DNA of 64,000 bases, taken from sequence record OQ992561.1; one strand, 5' to 3'. This document shows positions 1 to 9,874 of the stretch, one piece after another. Position numbers and translations under genes: made by a program. Position 1 is the first letter of the stretch. Each line of letters begins with the position of its first letter. Below the pieces are notes generated by a model. The model did not search any database, had not been told where the DNA came from, and saw only the letters and a program-made list of their open reading frames with translations.

Positions 1-146
1 AACAACTTTAGACTGGATTCATAAAGAACCCCCATCTAAAGAGGTTGTGTAAAAAATAGTAAAAGAAATACACTATTCTATGTAGTTCCTTTACGATTGC
101 TCTTTTATCTTAGTTTCAGTTTTGCTGAAGAAGTACCAATGAGATA

Positions 147-167
147 CCCTCCCCTGATCGGGGAGGG
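147..167 (+). terminator. Intrinsic terminator hairpin
   Basis: CCCTCCCC-tgatc-GGGGAGGG followed by TTTTT. Confidence 0.75.
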
Positions 168-193
168 TTTTTGACATCTAAGAGGAAAATATA

Positions 194-574
194 ATGTGCA
201 AACAACATCGTGTAGTATCTATGAAAGTTACATGCACGCAAGCTCGCTATCCGATCGGTCTGTGCGATCTCGGATTTGATAATGCTGCTGATGCTCGGCA
301 ATATCTACTAGATGTCGTTGAGTACAATATGGATCGTCTCCACCCACAACATGCTAATACATTCCAGCTACAAAATCTACAAGACGGGTTCGTAGTATCC
401 TACGATATCGAAAAAGATGGATCCGTTTATCTTCGGTTAACACTGGCGGTTGTAGCTTATCAATCAATCGATCTTGAGTTGGGGGTTACCGTTAAAGAAA
501 ATGAAGGGATCAGTGTTGTAATCAAAAATTGGATCAATGGTGATTATACTGCGGGGAACAAATACTTGCAGTAA
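194..574 (+). CDS. Hypothetical protein, 126 aa
   Basis: ATG with GAGG SD upstream; bounded by two terminators. Confidence 0.8.
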   Translation: MCKQHRVVSMKVTCTQARYPIGLCDLGFDNAADARQYLLDVVEYNMDRLHPQHANTFQLQNLQDGFVVSYDIEKDGSVYLRLTLAVVAYQSIDLELGVTVKENEGISVVIKNWINGDYTAGNKYLQ

Positions 575-677
575 TACCATATGTAAAGAATACCCAAATC
601 GGGATCTCCCGGACTATCTCCCTTCAGCGTTCCCGTCCGCAAATGAAGGTGCCGCCGAGATCCCACCTATTGATAAT

Positions 678-697
678 GCCCTCCCTTCGGGGAGGGC
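678..697 (+). terminator. Intrinsic terminator, UUCG tetraloop
   Basis: GCCCTCCC-TTCG-GGGAGGGC-TTTATTT. Confidence 0.85.
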
Positions 698-740
698 TTT
701 ATTTCGCTTAAGCCTATTTATTTTATTATAAGGAGTGAAA

Positions 741-1472
741 ATGACATATATCGTAAATGATGGTAAAGTCATGATTGCAGACTGCCTATTAATTGAGCGG
801 AATAATGCAACTGATAGCATTGGGCGACTTCCAGTATTAGATAACGGTTATATTGATCTAACTGCTAAAGCTGAAGGTGTAGATGTATATTACAATGATT
901 GCCACAAGATAATTTTTCATCCGACAGTTACTTGGCAAGGTAAACGTGTTAAAACTATGGCTTTTGCTGGAACTATAGATAATGTTTATGATCTATTGAA
1001 TGCCCTTACCGCAGGTGTTGATTTAGCTGATTGGTTTAAAGTTGAAGTAAATATCTTGCCAGTCATAGAACGCAGGTTGTTTAATGGTAATACTTCTATG
1101 ATGTTCACTATGGAGAATGGTGACATATATACAGTTATTCTTAAAGACATGGGTATCAACATCACCAAGAAAGATTGGGCTCATTTGGGTAGTGGTGTAG
1201 ATGCAGTTAATAGTGTACTTGAGTTTATCCCTAATTGTAATGATAATGGATCAACCAAACTAACTGCACTTGAAGCATTTGCTATTGCATGTGCACATAC
1301 TACTACTGTAAGTCGTAAATTTGATTATTACATCCATGCTACAGGTGAGTACAAGCAAAATCAAGAACTATCAACTAAACAACTAAAATGGATACTAGCG
1401 CGCATTCAAAAGCGGATGGATCTTACCCGCATTTTCAATGACCGCGAATATGCCAATAACATATGGGGTTGA
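741..1472 (+). CDS. HslV/proteasome beta-subunit-like Ntn hydrolase (putative threonine protease)
   Basis: AGGAG SD favours ATG741, giving N-terminal M-T-YIV. Motifs NDGKVMIAD, HKI, AFAG, NGDI, HLGSG, LTALEA run colinear with HslV motifs. Confidence 0.65.
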   Translation: MTYIVNDGKVMIADCLLIERNNATDSIGRLPVLDNGYIDLTAKAEGVDVYYNDCHKIIFHPTVTWQGKRVKTMAFAGTIDNVYDLLNALTAGVDLADWFKVEVNILPVIERRLFNGNTSMMFTMENGDIYTVILKDMGINITKKDWAHLGSGVDAVNSVLEFIPNCNDNGSTKLTALEAFAIACAHTTTVSRKFDYYIHATGEYKQNQELSTKQLKWILARIQKRMDLTRIFNDREYANNIWG

Positions 1473-1477
1473 TTTGT

Positions 1478-1993
1478 ATGAGTAATTCTAATATGGATAT
1501 GCTATATTACACTAATGTAAATTGGGAGCAATATTTTCATCATGTGAAACAACGTGCAGATGATACTGTTAAAGTAATGTATAAACCTGAATATGAAGAT
1601 CTTATTGATGAAGCATGTAGGCCATTAATTAAATGGTTTAATCAATTTACCAATGTTGCAACTATTTATTGCTGTTCAGGCCATGTTGATGAAGAAACTG
1701 GTGGTAGCCCTGGATACATTAGTCTTTTATTTAAAGATACCAATGCAGAGAATTCTGCAATGCGTTTATTGCGTGAAGCAATGTGTAAGGGGCGTGAGTG
1801 TAAGATCCCATTCGAAATTGAACTGGGGGCTTATTTCGGGCATCTACATGAGACCATTGATCAGAATCACTGGGTCGCCAATCTAGTCATCCGCACCAAT
1901 AGCTACAAACGTAAAAATACGTATGATCGCTATTGGCATCGTCTTTACAATATCATAACAACATGTAATACTGAGGGTTTATACACCGTCTAA
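1478..1993 (+). CDS. TYW3/Taw3-like motif protein
   Basis: IDEACRPLIKWFNQFTNVATIYCCSGH resembles the TYW3 ID..I..L...N......T.SSCSG motif. Confidence 0.5.
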   Translation: MSNSNMDMLYYTNVNWEQYFHHVKQRADDTVKVMYKPEYEDLIDEACRPLIKWFNQFTNVATIYCCSGHVDEETGGSPGYISLLFKDTNAENSAMRLLREAMCKGRECKIPFEIELGAYFGHLHETIDQNHWVANLVIRTNSYKRKNTYDRYWHRLYNIITTCNTEGLYTV

Positions 1994-2161
1994 AAAATCT
2001 GAGATAATTTAATGAATGATATTAAAAATACATTATTAGTTAGATTAAAGAGGAAACAAAAAGCTAAGCGTATAGATAAATTACAAAGACTAGGTTTATG
2101 GTTTATTCTATTGCTATGTGTATCTAATCTATTTGTCCAATTAATAAAAGGTATATTCTAA

Positions 2162-2842
2162 ATGGCAGAAAAGCTCAGTTTTGCTGATATATTTAAGATG
2201 GCTAAAGAGGAAAATGTTAAGCTTGAATTGCATTGTCTAATTGGTACTCGACCAGTTAGGGGTCTTATTAAAAGTTTAAACTTTAATTCAATCAGACCTG
2301 ATATATGTGAATCTGTTAATTTATATGTAAATGTATTTTCTAAAGTAGTAGAGGCTAGAGTAGATCTATCGAGCACTACTGCTGATTATGGTTGCTGGAG
2401 GATGACTCCAGAAACCAAGAAATATGTAGATAGTAAACATAACTTACCAGAAAAACTAGATATCACTAATCCAGATATCGTTAGAAGTAATATTAATTAT
2501 TATCTCAGTTTACCTACTAAGGAACGCACTGAGTTATTTAATAAAATAAATAATCCCAATGTCATTAATGCAATAAACAAAGAATGGTCTAAAATGGTTG
2601 TAGAGTATTATCAATCTGAGATCGATTCGTTTATTGAATTAATTGATTTCGATCATGTCCTTATCAATAAGTTCATGGCATTTAACTGGATGGATGATCT
2701 GTTTGAATATGCTTTAAATATCCCATTAAAACAAACCAATACAGTAAATGAAGGTACCTGTTGCTTACTGGTTCACAAAGATAAAAAGGCAACATATACT
2801 CATTTTACTGATATTAAAAATCTTATCAAAGTAAGTGTATAA
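2162..2842 (+). CDS. Hypothetical protein, 226 aa
   Basis: Long ORF with phage-like codon usage, ending at a convergent terminator. Confidence 0.8.
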   Translation: MAEKLSFADIFKMAKEENVKLELHCLIGTRPVRGLIKSLNFNSIRPDICESVNLYVNVFSKVVEARVDLSSTTADYGCWRMTPETKKYVDSKHNLPEKLDITNPDIVRSNINYYLSLPTKERTELFNKINNPNVINAINKEWSKMVVEYYQSEIDSFIELIDFDHVLINKFMAFNWMDDLFEYALNIPLKQTNTVNEGTCCLLVHKDKKATYTHFTDIKNLIKVSV

Positions 2843-2854
2843 TTACGGCATAAA

Positions 2855-2876
2855 CCCCTCTCCATGTGGAGAGGGG
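2855..2876. terminator. Bidirectional terminator at a convergent junction
   Basis: CCCCTCTCCA-tg-TGGAGAGGGG. Confidence 0.8.
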
Positions 2877-2903
2877 ATATGTCTTTATTTTTTTTATTTA
2901 AAC

Positions 2904-3293
2904 TTACTTAGAAAAATCTTCTACTGGAATATCATCCAGCCAATCATTAAGTAGTTTAAATTGATGAGGGTGTTGCATCTTAGTAACTTTACCATACTTA
3001 ACACTAACTGCTTTACCAGTAGACACGGCAAGATCAACTAGTTTCTTTTCATATGCATTAAACTCATCATACCACCGAGTATGAATAAGTTTTGCTAGGC
3101 GATCGTAAGCCGTCTTTCGATAATGATCTTCTTGTTCGCGACGTTGTTCGTCAAGTAGTTCTTTTTGACGTTGTTCTTGCTGACGCTTTTCTTCTTCCTT
3201 TTTCTCTTTCTCTAGTCGTTTCTTCTCAGCAAAATATGATAGAACCGGTAGTTTGAAAAGTAGGCTTAGAAGTAGTTGAAAGAATTGTTTCAT
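2904..3293 (-). CDS. Hypothetical protein with hydrophobic N-terminus and charged coiled-coil segment
   Basis: Likely start MKQFFQLLL (GAGGA SD upstream); E/K/Q/R-rich helix. Confidence 0.75.
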   Translation of the reverse strand: MKQFFQLLLSLLFKLPVLSYFAEKKRLEKEKKEEEKRQQEQRQKELLDEQRREQEDHYRKTAYDRLAKLIHTRWYDEFNAYEKKLVDLAVSTGKAVSVKYGKVTKMQHPHQFKLLNDWLDDIPVEDFSK

Positions 3294-3373
3294 TAGTATT
3301 TCCTCAGTTTGATTAAATAGATAATTTACAAATGGCAATCCGCCTAGTTACATACTAGATAGCTGTAAGTATT

Positions 3374-3784
3374 TTAATCCGTTACAATGTCTGGATAACG
3401 TTCATCAATTAATGATTTTCTATATGCAAACTCACTCACCTCTACTTCTAACTTCTCTTTAGTTGCATATGTGGTGCCGATTACAATAATTGAATCATTA
3501 TTAATTGATAACTCTACATCATTATCTTTTCCAAACACTAATTTAAAAACAGTATTTAATTCATCTAATTGATTTTGAATGGACACTGCATCATCATGGA
3601 TTGCCCTAGATGGTTCTTCTAATAAACCTTCTAGTATTTTATAAGACTTTATAAAAAGAGTATCATTAAAATCTTCTTTTAGCCATGCTAATTCAAGTGT
3701 ATACAAATCAACTACTCTATTAAGATTTGAAGTAGTTATATCTGTTTTCCATTCATAACCTAGATAGTTAGTTTCATTACTCAT
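3374..3784 (-). CDS. Hypothetical protein, 136 aa
   Basis: ORF with AGGAG SD. Confidence 0.8.
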   Translation of the reverse strand: MSNETNYLGYEWKTDITTSNLNRVVDLYTLELAWLKEDFNDTLFIKSYKILEGLLEEPSRAIHDDAVSIQNQLDELNTVFKLVFGKDNDVELSINNDSIIVIGTTYATKEKLEVEVSEFAYRKSLIDERYPDIVTD

Positions 3785-3826
3785 TATAAACTCCTTTGAT
3801 TAATACATATTAAATAATCTGGAGTA

Positions 3827-4003
3827 TTATTTCTTTGTAATACGATAACCAACTGACCATAAATCTACACGGACGAAACCTTTTCCATCATGTTGGCCGT
3901 ATAAACATACACGCAACATTCTATTGTCTGGCTTCATATCAATTCGTGTTATCTCAAATTTATTAGTAATATATTCTTGAATGATAAATAATAGATGACT
4001 CAT
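3827..4003 (-). CDS. Small hypothetical protein, 58 aa (MSHLLFIIQEY...), below the ORF-track cutoff
   Basis: Hand translation; AGGA SD upstream; fills the gap between genes. Confidence 0.6.
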   Translation of the reverse strand: MSHLLFIIQEYITNKFEITRIDMKPDNRMLRVCLYGQHDGKGFVRVDLWSVGYRITKK

Positions 4004-4034
4004 TTTATATTTTCCTGATTAATGACAAACATAA

Positions 4035-4054
4035 GCCCCTCCATATGGAGGGGC
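4035..4054. terminator. Terminator hairpin downstream of tRNA-Thr
   Basis: GCCCCTCCA-ta-TGGAGGGGC. Confidence 0.75.
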
Positions 4055-4132
4055 AGTATGATTTACTGAGTCTTTCGCGTTCAATCCCATCCTAACTAAT
4101 ATATTTAAGAATAGTTTAAACCTCAGTAAATT

Positions 4133-4209
4133 TGGTGCCGCCACTCCGAATCGAACGGAGGACCTACGCATTACAAGTGCGTTGCTCTACCTAGCTGAGC
4201 TATAGCGGC
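4133..4209 (-). tRNA. tRNA-Thr(UGU)
   Basis: Cloverleaf GCCGCTA...TGGCGGC-A-CCA, anticodon TGT, encoded CCA. Confidence 0.95.
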
Positions 4210-4260
4210 GAAATCTTCTACATATAGTGTATATGGAAGTATTATTTTATTTATTTAATA

Positions 4261-4803
4261 TTAAATAAATAACCAACGCTTATCATATTCAACTAAGTCA
4301 TTGAATTCAATTTTCTCGAATCGCCATGACTGAACAGTAGTTCTGATTAGATTACCTGACTTATTAACAATATAACCTTGCATAGTATCAAATAACTTGT
4401 CCGATTCACCGAGAATAAATATTAGATACACATCATCTGTATTTTTGGTATGCATTGATTTTAATTTATAAATACATGGCCTAAAGGAATCGTAATTTTT
4501 ATAATATTCTTTGATTTCTAGAGCAGCATCAATCATCATCTTGGCGCTATTCTGAATGCCATTATTAAGTAGATAATTATTAAGCTCTTTTAATGAATCA
4601 TCTGTCAGTGATGCTTCGATATGTTCTTCACTTATAGGGTCGCTATAAACTAGTTTATTAATAGCTGAATTAACAATATTTAGTTTATCAACATCATAAG
4701 CTACTAATGTTTGCTTGCCAACATTTATTTTTAATACTTTATTTGAATTATTAATAAAGTCGTCTAGATCTAGTGTATTAAAATGAAAAGCCATTTGAGT
4801 CAC
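4261..4803 (-). CDS. Hypothetical protein, about 177-180 aa
   Basis: Long ORF; start uncertain (GTG or downstream ATG). Confidence 0.75.
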   Translation of the reverse strand: MTQMAFHFNTLDLDDFINNSNKVLKINVGKQTLVAYDVDKLNIVNSAINKLVYSDPISEEHIEASLTDDSLKELNNYLLNNGIQNSAKMMIDAALEIKEYYKNYDSFRPCIYKLKSMHTKNTDDVYLIFILGESDKLFDTMQGYIVNKSGNLIRTTVQSWRFEKIEFNDLVEYDKRWLFI

Positions 4804-4914
4804 CTTTATGTTTTCCGTAGTGTTAAATTTTATTAACGCCCGGTTTCTAGTTGAGTTATATGTAGGGTTAACCTACAAATAATAATGACTTTATGTATAT
4901 TTTTACTTATAAAT

Positions 4915-4938
4915 AGACCCCTCTATATAGAGGGGTCT
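4915..4938. terminator. Terminator ending the virion accessory cassette
   Basis: AGACCCCTCTA-ta-TAGAGGGGTCT. Confidence 0.8.
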
Positions 4939-4952
4939 TATGCCGTATAAAG

Positions 4953-5813
4953 TTATTTTAGTATAGGTCTAAATACAAAAATCACATCAACTTCATTAGC
5001 TATGTCAACATCATATTCAATACCATCGTTATCGATAGCAACTAACATGGTATTATTTCTTGGAGATGGTGTTGATGTGAGGAACTTTACATTATCTGGC
5101 AGTGATAAATTAGTTACCGGGGACTGGTCTGTTTGGATGCCTGTCTGAAAAGCTGTACCCATATAACGCTTGAATTCGTTTAATGTTGGAACATATACCT
5201 CCCACTTAACGTCCTGCATATCTATTATACGTCCTTGTTGAGTTGGACCACCTATATGTTCTATCAATTCACTCGGCCATACATCGGACATATCTCCAGA
5301 CCGTCCCATGTACCCCGCATGGTAAACAGCCACAGCGACAGCTTTCTCAATACTAGATGTATCATGAAAAGCTACATACTCATTATCAATAAAATAAGGG
5401 GTTGGAGCCTCATCAAGATTCATTCCTGGGATGCTATATGGCGAAGAACCAATTGGTCTAAGGGTTGGTCTATTTTCACCTTTGTATGACTTTGTCAACC
5501 TGGCATATTGTCCATCACCGGCTTCAAGCTTTGTATATCCCAATACACTTTGCCATTTACTACTTACACTAAGAGTACGCATTGGTCCTGTATAAGCTAA
5601 TTGACCAAATATATCCTTATATTTTAAGTTCAACCAAACGCATGTATCTTCAGGGTATCTGGATGGCCAGAATCCTGCTATTAAATCCCAATCATAGTAA
5701 TAGTGGGGTGGTAGGTTATTGTAATCCCAAGGTATCGCATTGGTATACGACCAAAATGTAACGATCGGTGTAGAACCAGGCCAACCTCTAACATTTTTAA
5801 GAGTGATGTACAT
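4953..5813 (-). CDS. Putative virion protein, paralog of the FN3 plus lectin-like family
   Basis: Start MYITLK overlaps the upstream stop (TAATG); colinear weak similarity to three neighbours. Confidence 0.65.
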   Translation of the reverse strand: MYITLKNVRGWPGSTPIVTFWSYTNAIPWDYNNLPPHYYYDWDLIAGFWPSRYPEDTCVWLNLKYKDIFGQLAYTGPMRTLSVSSKWQSVLGYTKLEAGDGQYARLTKSYKGENRPTLRPIGSSPYSIPGMNLDEAPTPYFIDNEYVAFHDTSSIEKAVAVAVYHAGYMGRSGDMSDVWPSELIEHIGGPTQQGRIIDMQDVKWEVYVPTLNEFKRYMGTAFQTGIQTDQSPVTNLSLPDNVKFLTSTPSPRNNTMLVAIDNDGIEYDVDIANEVDVIFVFRPILK

Positions 5814-6667
5814 TAATTTACTCCTGATTCTTGGATAAAATTTAATATGGGTTTCCAATACCAACTAACATTAGCATCAATAGTTGGGTTAAAAGTGGTA
5901 ATGGTTGATGACCCATACTTACTCAGATCCTTAAATGCTCTAGTTGAATTCGCACCTACTACAGTCATAATTACCCTGACATCATCTGCATTTTTATTAA
6001 CCTGATCACTAATTGACCGGATCATTGATTTTCTAGGGTAATCAGCTGGTAGTGTATATGGTCCAACAAACCGACCATCCATAACTTGCATATAGAACGA
6101 AGTTGGCAATGATGGGACATAAAAAGAATATTTACAATTACCTTTAACTATAGTTCTATTATTATCTACATTATTAATTAGCTCAGATAATTTGTCTATC
6201 GGTATCTCGATATAACCCATATATGGGAGAAAGTAAATATCTGATTTATGTTTAATTTTTGTCCATTGATCAGTCCAATTTATGGCATTTTCCGATTGCC
6301 CATTAAACATCATTAATAGATCTTGAAGACTAGGAAGCTCCGGACTAGTTACCCTATCTAACAATGCAGCTCCATCTGCTTGCATCATAGGTTCTAAGAA
6401 ACCACCTGGTCCATATTGCGAAACAGCTTTAAATGTAAATACTGGACTAATGGCTGTGTCGCCGCCTTCTCTTACAGTCCTAATGCGATAATCGTAAACA
6501 TTACCAATTACCACATCACGATCAATAATAGCTGTCGTGAATCCGTCTAGTTTCTGGATTGGTTGGTTTATAGGAGTATCCGGAATAGGTGTACCTGATA
6601 ACTCGCGGTATACTTCAATACTTGTAATTGATCTAGAATTAGGATTCCTAATTTTAAAGGTAATCAT
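5813..6667 (-). CDS. Putative virion protein, N-terminal FN3/Ig-like domain
   Basis: IEVYR...D.DV..G..YDYRIR FN3 pattern followed by YGPG linker. Confidence 0.7.
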   Translation of the reverse strand: MITFKIRNPNSRSITSIEVYRELSGTPIPDTPINQPIQKLDGFTTAIIDRDVVIGNVYDYRIRTVREGGDTAISPVFTFKAVSQYGPGGFLEPMMQADGAALLDRVTSPELPSLQDLLMMFNGQSENAINWTDQWTKIKHKSDIYFLPYMGYIEIPIDKLSELINNVDNNRTIVKGNCKYSFYVPSLPTSFYMQVMDGRFVGPYTLPADYPRKSMIRSISDQVNKNADDVRVIMTVVGANSTRAFKDLSKYGSSTITTFNPTIDANVSWYWKPILNFIQESGVN

Positions 6668-8610
6668 ATCGAAACCTCAGCATAAGTTGTAAATATCCGA
6701 CTTGTGCCAACTTGTACATCTGTGACTGGGATGATTGGTGCATCGATTGGATCGATTAATCGAATAACATAGAAACTTGATGTAAACGATTCATTAAGCC
6801 AAGGTTGATTATGCATAAGCACGAGCTTATCTTCGTAAAACGCTCCATTTAAAGATGCTCTACTGCTATTACTTAATCCTGGTATCGCTACGGTTATTTT
6901 CAACCAGCGGTTTTCATTAGGTACAAATTGATATAAGTATAACTCACCTTGTTTCTCATCAAGAGATGCCGAGCCATACATGAAGATAGTATCTCGCCAA
7001 ATATGAATTTTACCACCTTTGGTGGTTGGTAATTCTGTACCTTGTTGAGTTATCTTGGTTCTATATGTATACGAGTCAGTGTCTTCAGGTATAGTTAATT
7101 TATATGTCGCATTTGTAAAACCATTAGTACTTCTTTCTGGAGCAACCCATAAGAAATAATCTTCATGTGGTGCTATTGGACCGCCGCCACCGTCGTAGAA
7201 ATTAGACCGATTATAGACTGTAAATGTACCGTCAAATGTATCCAGATCAGCTGTTGCAAAATTATACTGTCCGGAAGGAATTACATTACCATACCCGCCA
7301 ATATATAAAAGTCTTTGACGATCAGTGATTTTATCATAATACTTCGTAACACTAGCACCATAATAAAATTGTAAACTATTCGTTATAGTTGACCAAGAAC
7401 CTTCTGGCGTACCATCATCCTCCCATACCTGAATGTCATTGTATAATTCAGCATACGTATATTCGCTACTGCCTATCTTTTTGGCGCCGCCCATACAGTA
7501 GATTTTATTCCCGTTAACCCAAGTACATGCGTTATATACCCCAACTGGCATATCCGCATGTACTTGCCTATCAGATCCATCCAAATTAATACTGATATGT
7601 TTAGTAGTGGCAGATGCATATGAATTAAAATGGCTATAAACACCACCAAAGAAATGGGCACGTCCGTTAATAATTTCAGATTGACAGAACATCATGCGAT
7701 CAGTTGGATCAGCAGGAATGATATTTACATCAGGGCTTGGCCATGCCATATCACCTCTATTCATTAACTCGACCACCATATAAAGTGGTCCCTTAGTAGT
7801 CCACTCTGTGTCTGAAGACACTCCATCTAATCCAACTGTTCTGAATTTATTACCCTGTGATCCGATATCTACGACTGGTGATTTATATGAATGCGTGTTA
7901 CAATTACCTATAACTCGATCACATGTAAGACCCATAGGGGAATCTGGATATAACTTAACATATAGTTCAGCATACTCGCTTGTTGTCATCAGTCTGAACT
8001 TAAATGAATAATTGTTATACGTTACAGGTTTCCCTTGCTCAACTTTAGTTGTTAAAGAATCGTAAAATGTGCGGCTGAATACACCTAATCCGTCTCCGTA
8101 TGATAGTAGAGCACCATCATTATAAAGATCTTCAGGACTACCATAGAAAACAGGTATATTAGAAATAAATAACACGTTCCCATGATAACTACACTTCTCG
8201 ACCTCTATTGTTTCATGATCGATTCCTTCAAGTACAGTACATGATGGTACTAATTTTTTAGCTTCATCTATTGACAATATGACGTTCAAAGGTAATGTAC
8301 CATATCGGCCAATATAACTATCACCACGTAAGATTCTATCTGGGACATTCTTATCAATTTGTGGTCCAGTATAATAACGTTTCATTGTTGTGTATAAAGG
8401 ACCAACTACTTCATTGCCATTATGTACGACTGATATCCTGTAATAAACCATGGTGTTGAGTATAAGAGTCTCATCGGTGTAGCTACTTGTATTACCAGGT
8501 AATTCAACTAACACGGGCGGCAAATCTTCTGCATCAAATGGGAAATAATGTCGATATATCTTTATAGTAGTGGATGGATCTGAATTATAGTCAGTTAATT
8601 CAATTCTCAT
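6664..8610 (-). CDS. Putative tail or baseplate fibre protein: FN3, jumbo-phage lectin-like domain, C-terminal kelch beta-propeller
   Basis: IKIYR...SYTD...YYRI; YTGP..GDSYIGRYG; kelch repeats FFGG, IYCMGG, LYIGGY, IFMYG. Confidence 0.75.
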   Translation of the reverse strand: MRIELTDYNSDPSTTIKIYRHYFPFDAEDLPPVLVELPGNTSSYTDETLILNTMVYYRISVVHNGNEVVGPLYTTMKRYYTGPQIDKNVPDRILRGDSYIGRYGTLPLNVILSIDEAKKLVPSCTVLEGIDHETIEVEKCSYHGNVLFISNIPVFYGSPEDLYNDGALLSYGDGLGVFSRTFYDSLTTKVEQGKPVTYNNYSFKFRLMTTSEYAELYVKLYPDSPMGLTCDRVIGNCNTHSYKSPVVDIGSQGNKFRTVGLDGVSSDTEWTTKGPLYMVVELMNRGDMAWPSPDVNIIPADPTDRMMFCQSEIINGRAHFFGGVYSHFNSYASATTKHISINLDGSDRQVHADMPVGVYNACTWVNGNKIYCMGGAKKIGSSEYTYAELYNDIQVWEDDGTPEGSWSTITNSLQFYYGASVTKYYDKITDRQRLLYIGGYGNVIPSGQYNFATADLDTFDGTFTVYNRSNFYDGGGGPIAPHEDYFLWVAPERSTNGFTNATYKLTIPEDTDSYTYRTKITQQGTELPTTKGGKIHIWRDTIFMYGSASLDEKQGELYLYQFVPNENRWLKITVAIPGLSNSSRASLNGAFYEDKLVLMHNQPWLNESFTSSFYVIRLIDPIDAPIIPVTDVQVGTSRIFTTYAEVSI

Positions 8611-8612
8611 GG

Positions 8613-9581
8613 CTACACCTCCTTCGGTTTAGTTAGACCTGTATAAACTAGAATTGGCCAAATAAGCATTTTATTCCATACGTCATCTGTGGCTACATTA
8701 ACTACTTCGGTATGTAGTTCTTTTGCTCTTAATGGATATACTGCATCTCTACTTGTCCAATTAATAGCTGTACATTCATTATCAGTCCAATCTGAACTAA
8801 TTATATATTTTATTTCGGTATCTGGAAATCTGGCACTCAATGGGTCATAGAACATATTTAAACCACTGTTTAATGTAAGTCTACCACCTGTTTTGTTACC
8901 TGTCTCAGCATCTTCAACACGAGCATACATCTCTGTAATAACTGCCATCATTGACCGCAGTTCACCTGGGAAATGCCGCACATTATGGTTTGGATTATTA
9001 TGATGTTCGGCTGAGGGTATTATTATTTTCCAATCATGTAAACCTATTGTTAATGGAATTGCACCACCATTAATTAATGTTTGCATGATTTCACTATCTC
9101 TTGGTAGTTCCGACCCAATTGCCAATGGATATGGGAAGGTACCTCTAACAGTACCACCTATTGCGAATTTATGAAGTTCTGCTACTTCTAGATAGTTACC
9201 TGTAATTGGCCCTAAACTAAATGCTTCACGAACCATATTAAACGATGGTAATGACGGTAAGTCCATTGGGAACTTTCCAAAATAACCAAAACGTTCATCT
9301 CCAAATTGGAAAATAGCTGGACCAGGTCCAGTGTATGGGATAGCTGTAAATGTGAACATATCCGATGCTTCAAATTTTTGTGATCCATAGATCAATCTAA
9401 AGCGATAATAATATGTTTTTTTATGTTCCACGGTTGTATCTTGATAAGATGTTATCCCTGGTCCAACTGTAGCAATTAATTCAGCATCTTTAATATTATC
9501 GAATTCGTAATCGGCTCGATAAATTTCAGTGGAGTGATATTTTGTTTTATTAGGATCAAGCCATTTAAGTTCAATTATCAT
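8613..9581 (-). CDS. Putative virion protein, FN3 plus lectin-like family
   Basis: TEIYRA...SYQDTTV...YYYRFR then YTGPGP...GDERFGYFG. Confidence 0.75.
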   Translation of the reverse strand: MIIELKWLDPNKTKYHSTEIYRADYEFDNIKDAELIATVGPGITSYQDTTVEHKKTYYYRFRLIYGSQKFEASDMFTFTAIPYTGPGPAIFQFGDERFGYFGKFPMDLPSLPSFNMVREAFSLGPITGNYLEVAELHKFAIGGTVRGTFPYPLAIGSELPRDSEIMQTLINGGAIPLTIGLHDWKIIIPSAEHHNNPNHNVRHFPGELRSMMAVITEMYARVEDAETGNKTGGRLTLNSGLNMFYDPLSARFPDTEIKYIISSDWTDNECTAINWTSRDAVYPLRAKELHTEVVNVATDDVWNKMLIWPILVYTGLTKPKEV

Positions 9582-9729
9582 CCGGTATAACCTCTGGTTC
9601 AGTCACGGTATTATCTAAATCGATAACCTGGAAACTTGCTGAAGGTGGTAAACTACCTTCGTATATGTCTATAGCATCCACAACAGGTTTTAAATTAACA
9701 AGTGGTGTAAATAATAACGCCTCAAACAT
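9571..9729 (-). CDS. 52-aa small protein MFEALLFTPLV... heading the cassette
   Basis: Hand translation; GAGG SD; stop overlaps the next start; N-terminus resembles that of the kelch protein. Confidence 0.6.
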   Translation of the reverse strand: MFEALLFTPLVNLKPVVDAIDIYEGSLPPSASFQVIDLDNTVTEPEVIPDDN

Positions 9730-9855
9730 TTAAATACCTCTTCTAAAAATTACTATAATTTATAGTTAATGACATATGCAAAGCCATTAAAAATGACTTC
9801 GCATATGCGTACTATATTTTATTTAGACAACAATGTCATATCATAACAACATAAA

Positions 9856-9874
9856 GCCCTCCATGACGGAGGGC
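9856..9874. terminator. Terminator hairpin
   Basis: GCCCTCC-atgac-GGAGGGC with A/T flanks. Confidence 0.75.

Noticed and set aside
4953-9581. Diversity-generating retroelement targeting the lectin-like domains
   Set aside because: No reverse transcriptase, and no template/variable repeat pair with adenine-specific mismatches was visible.
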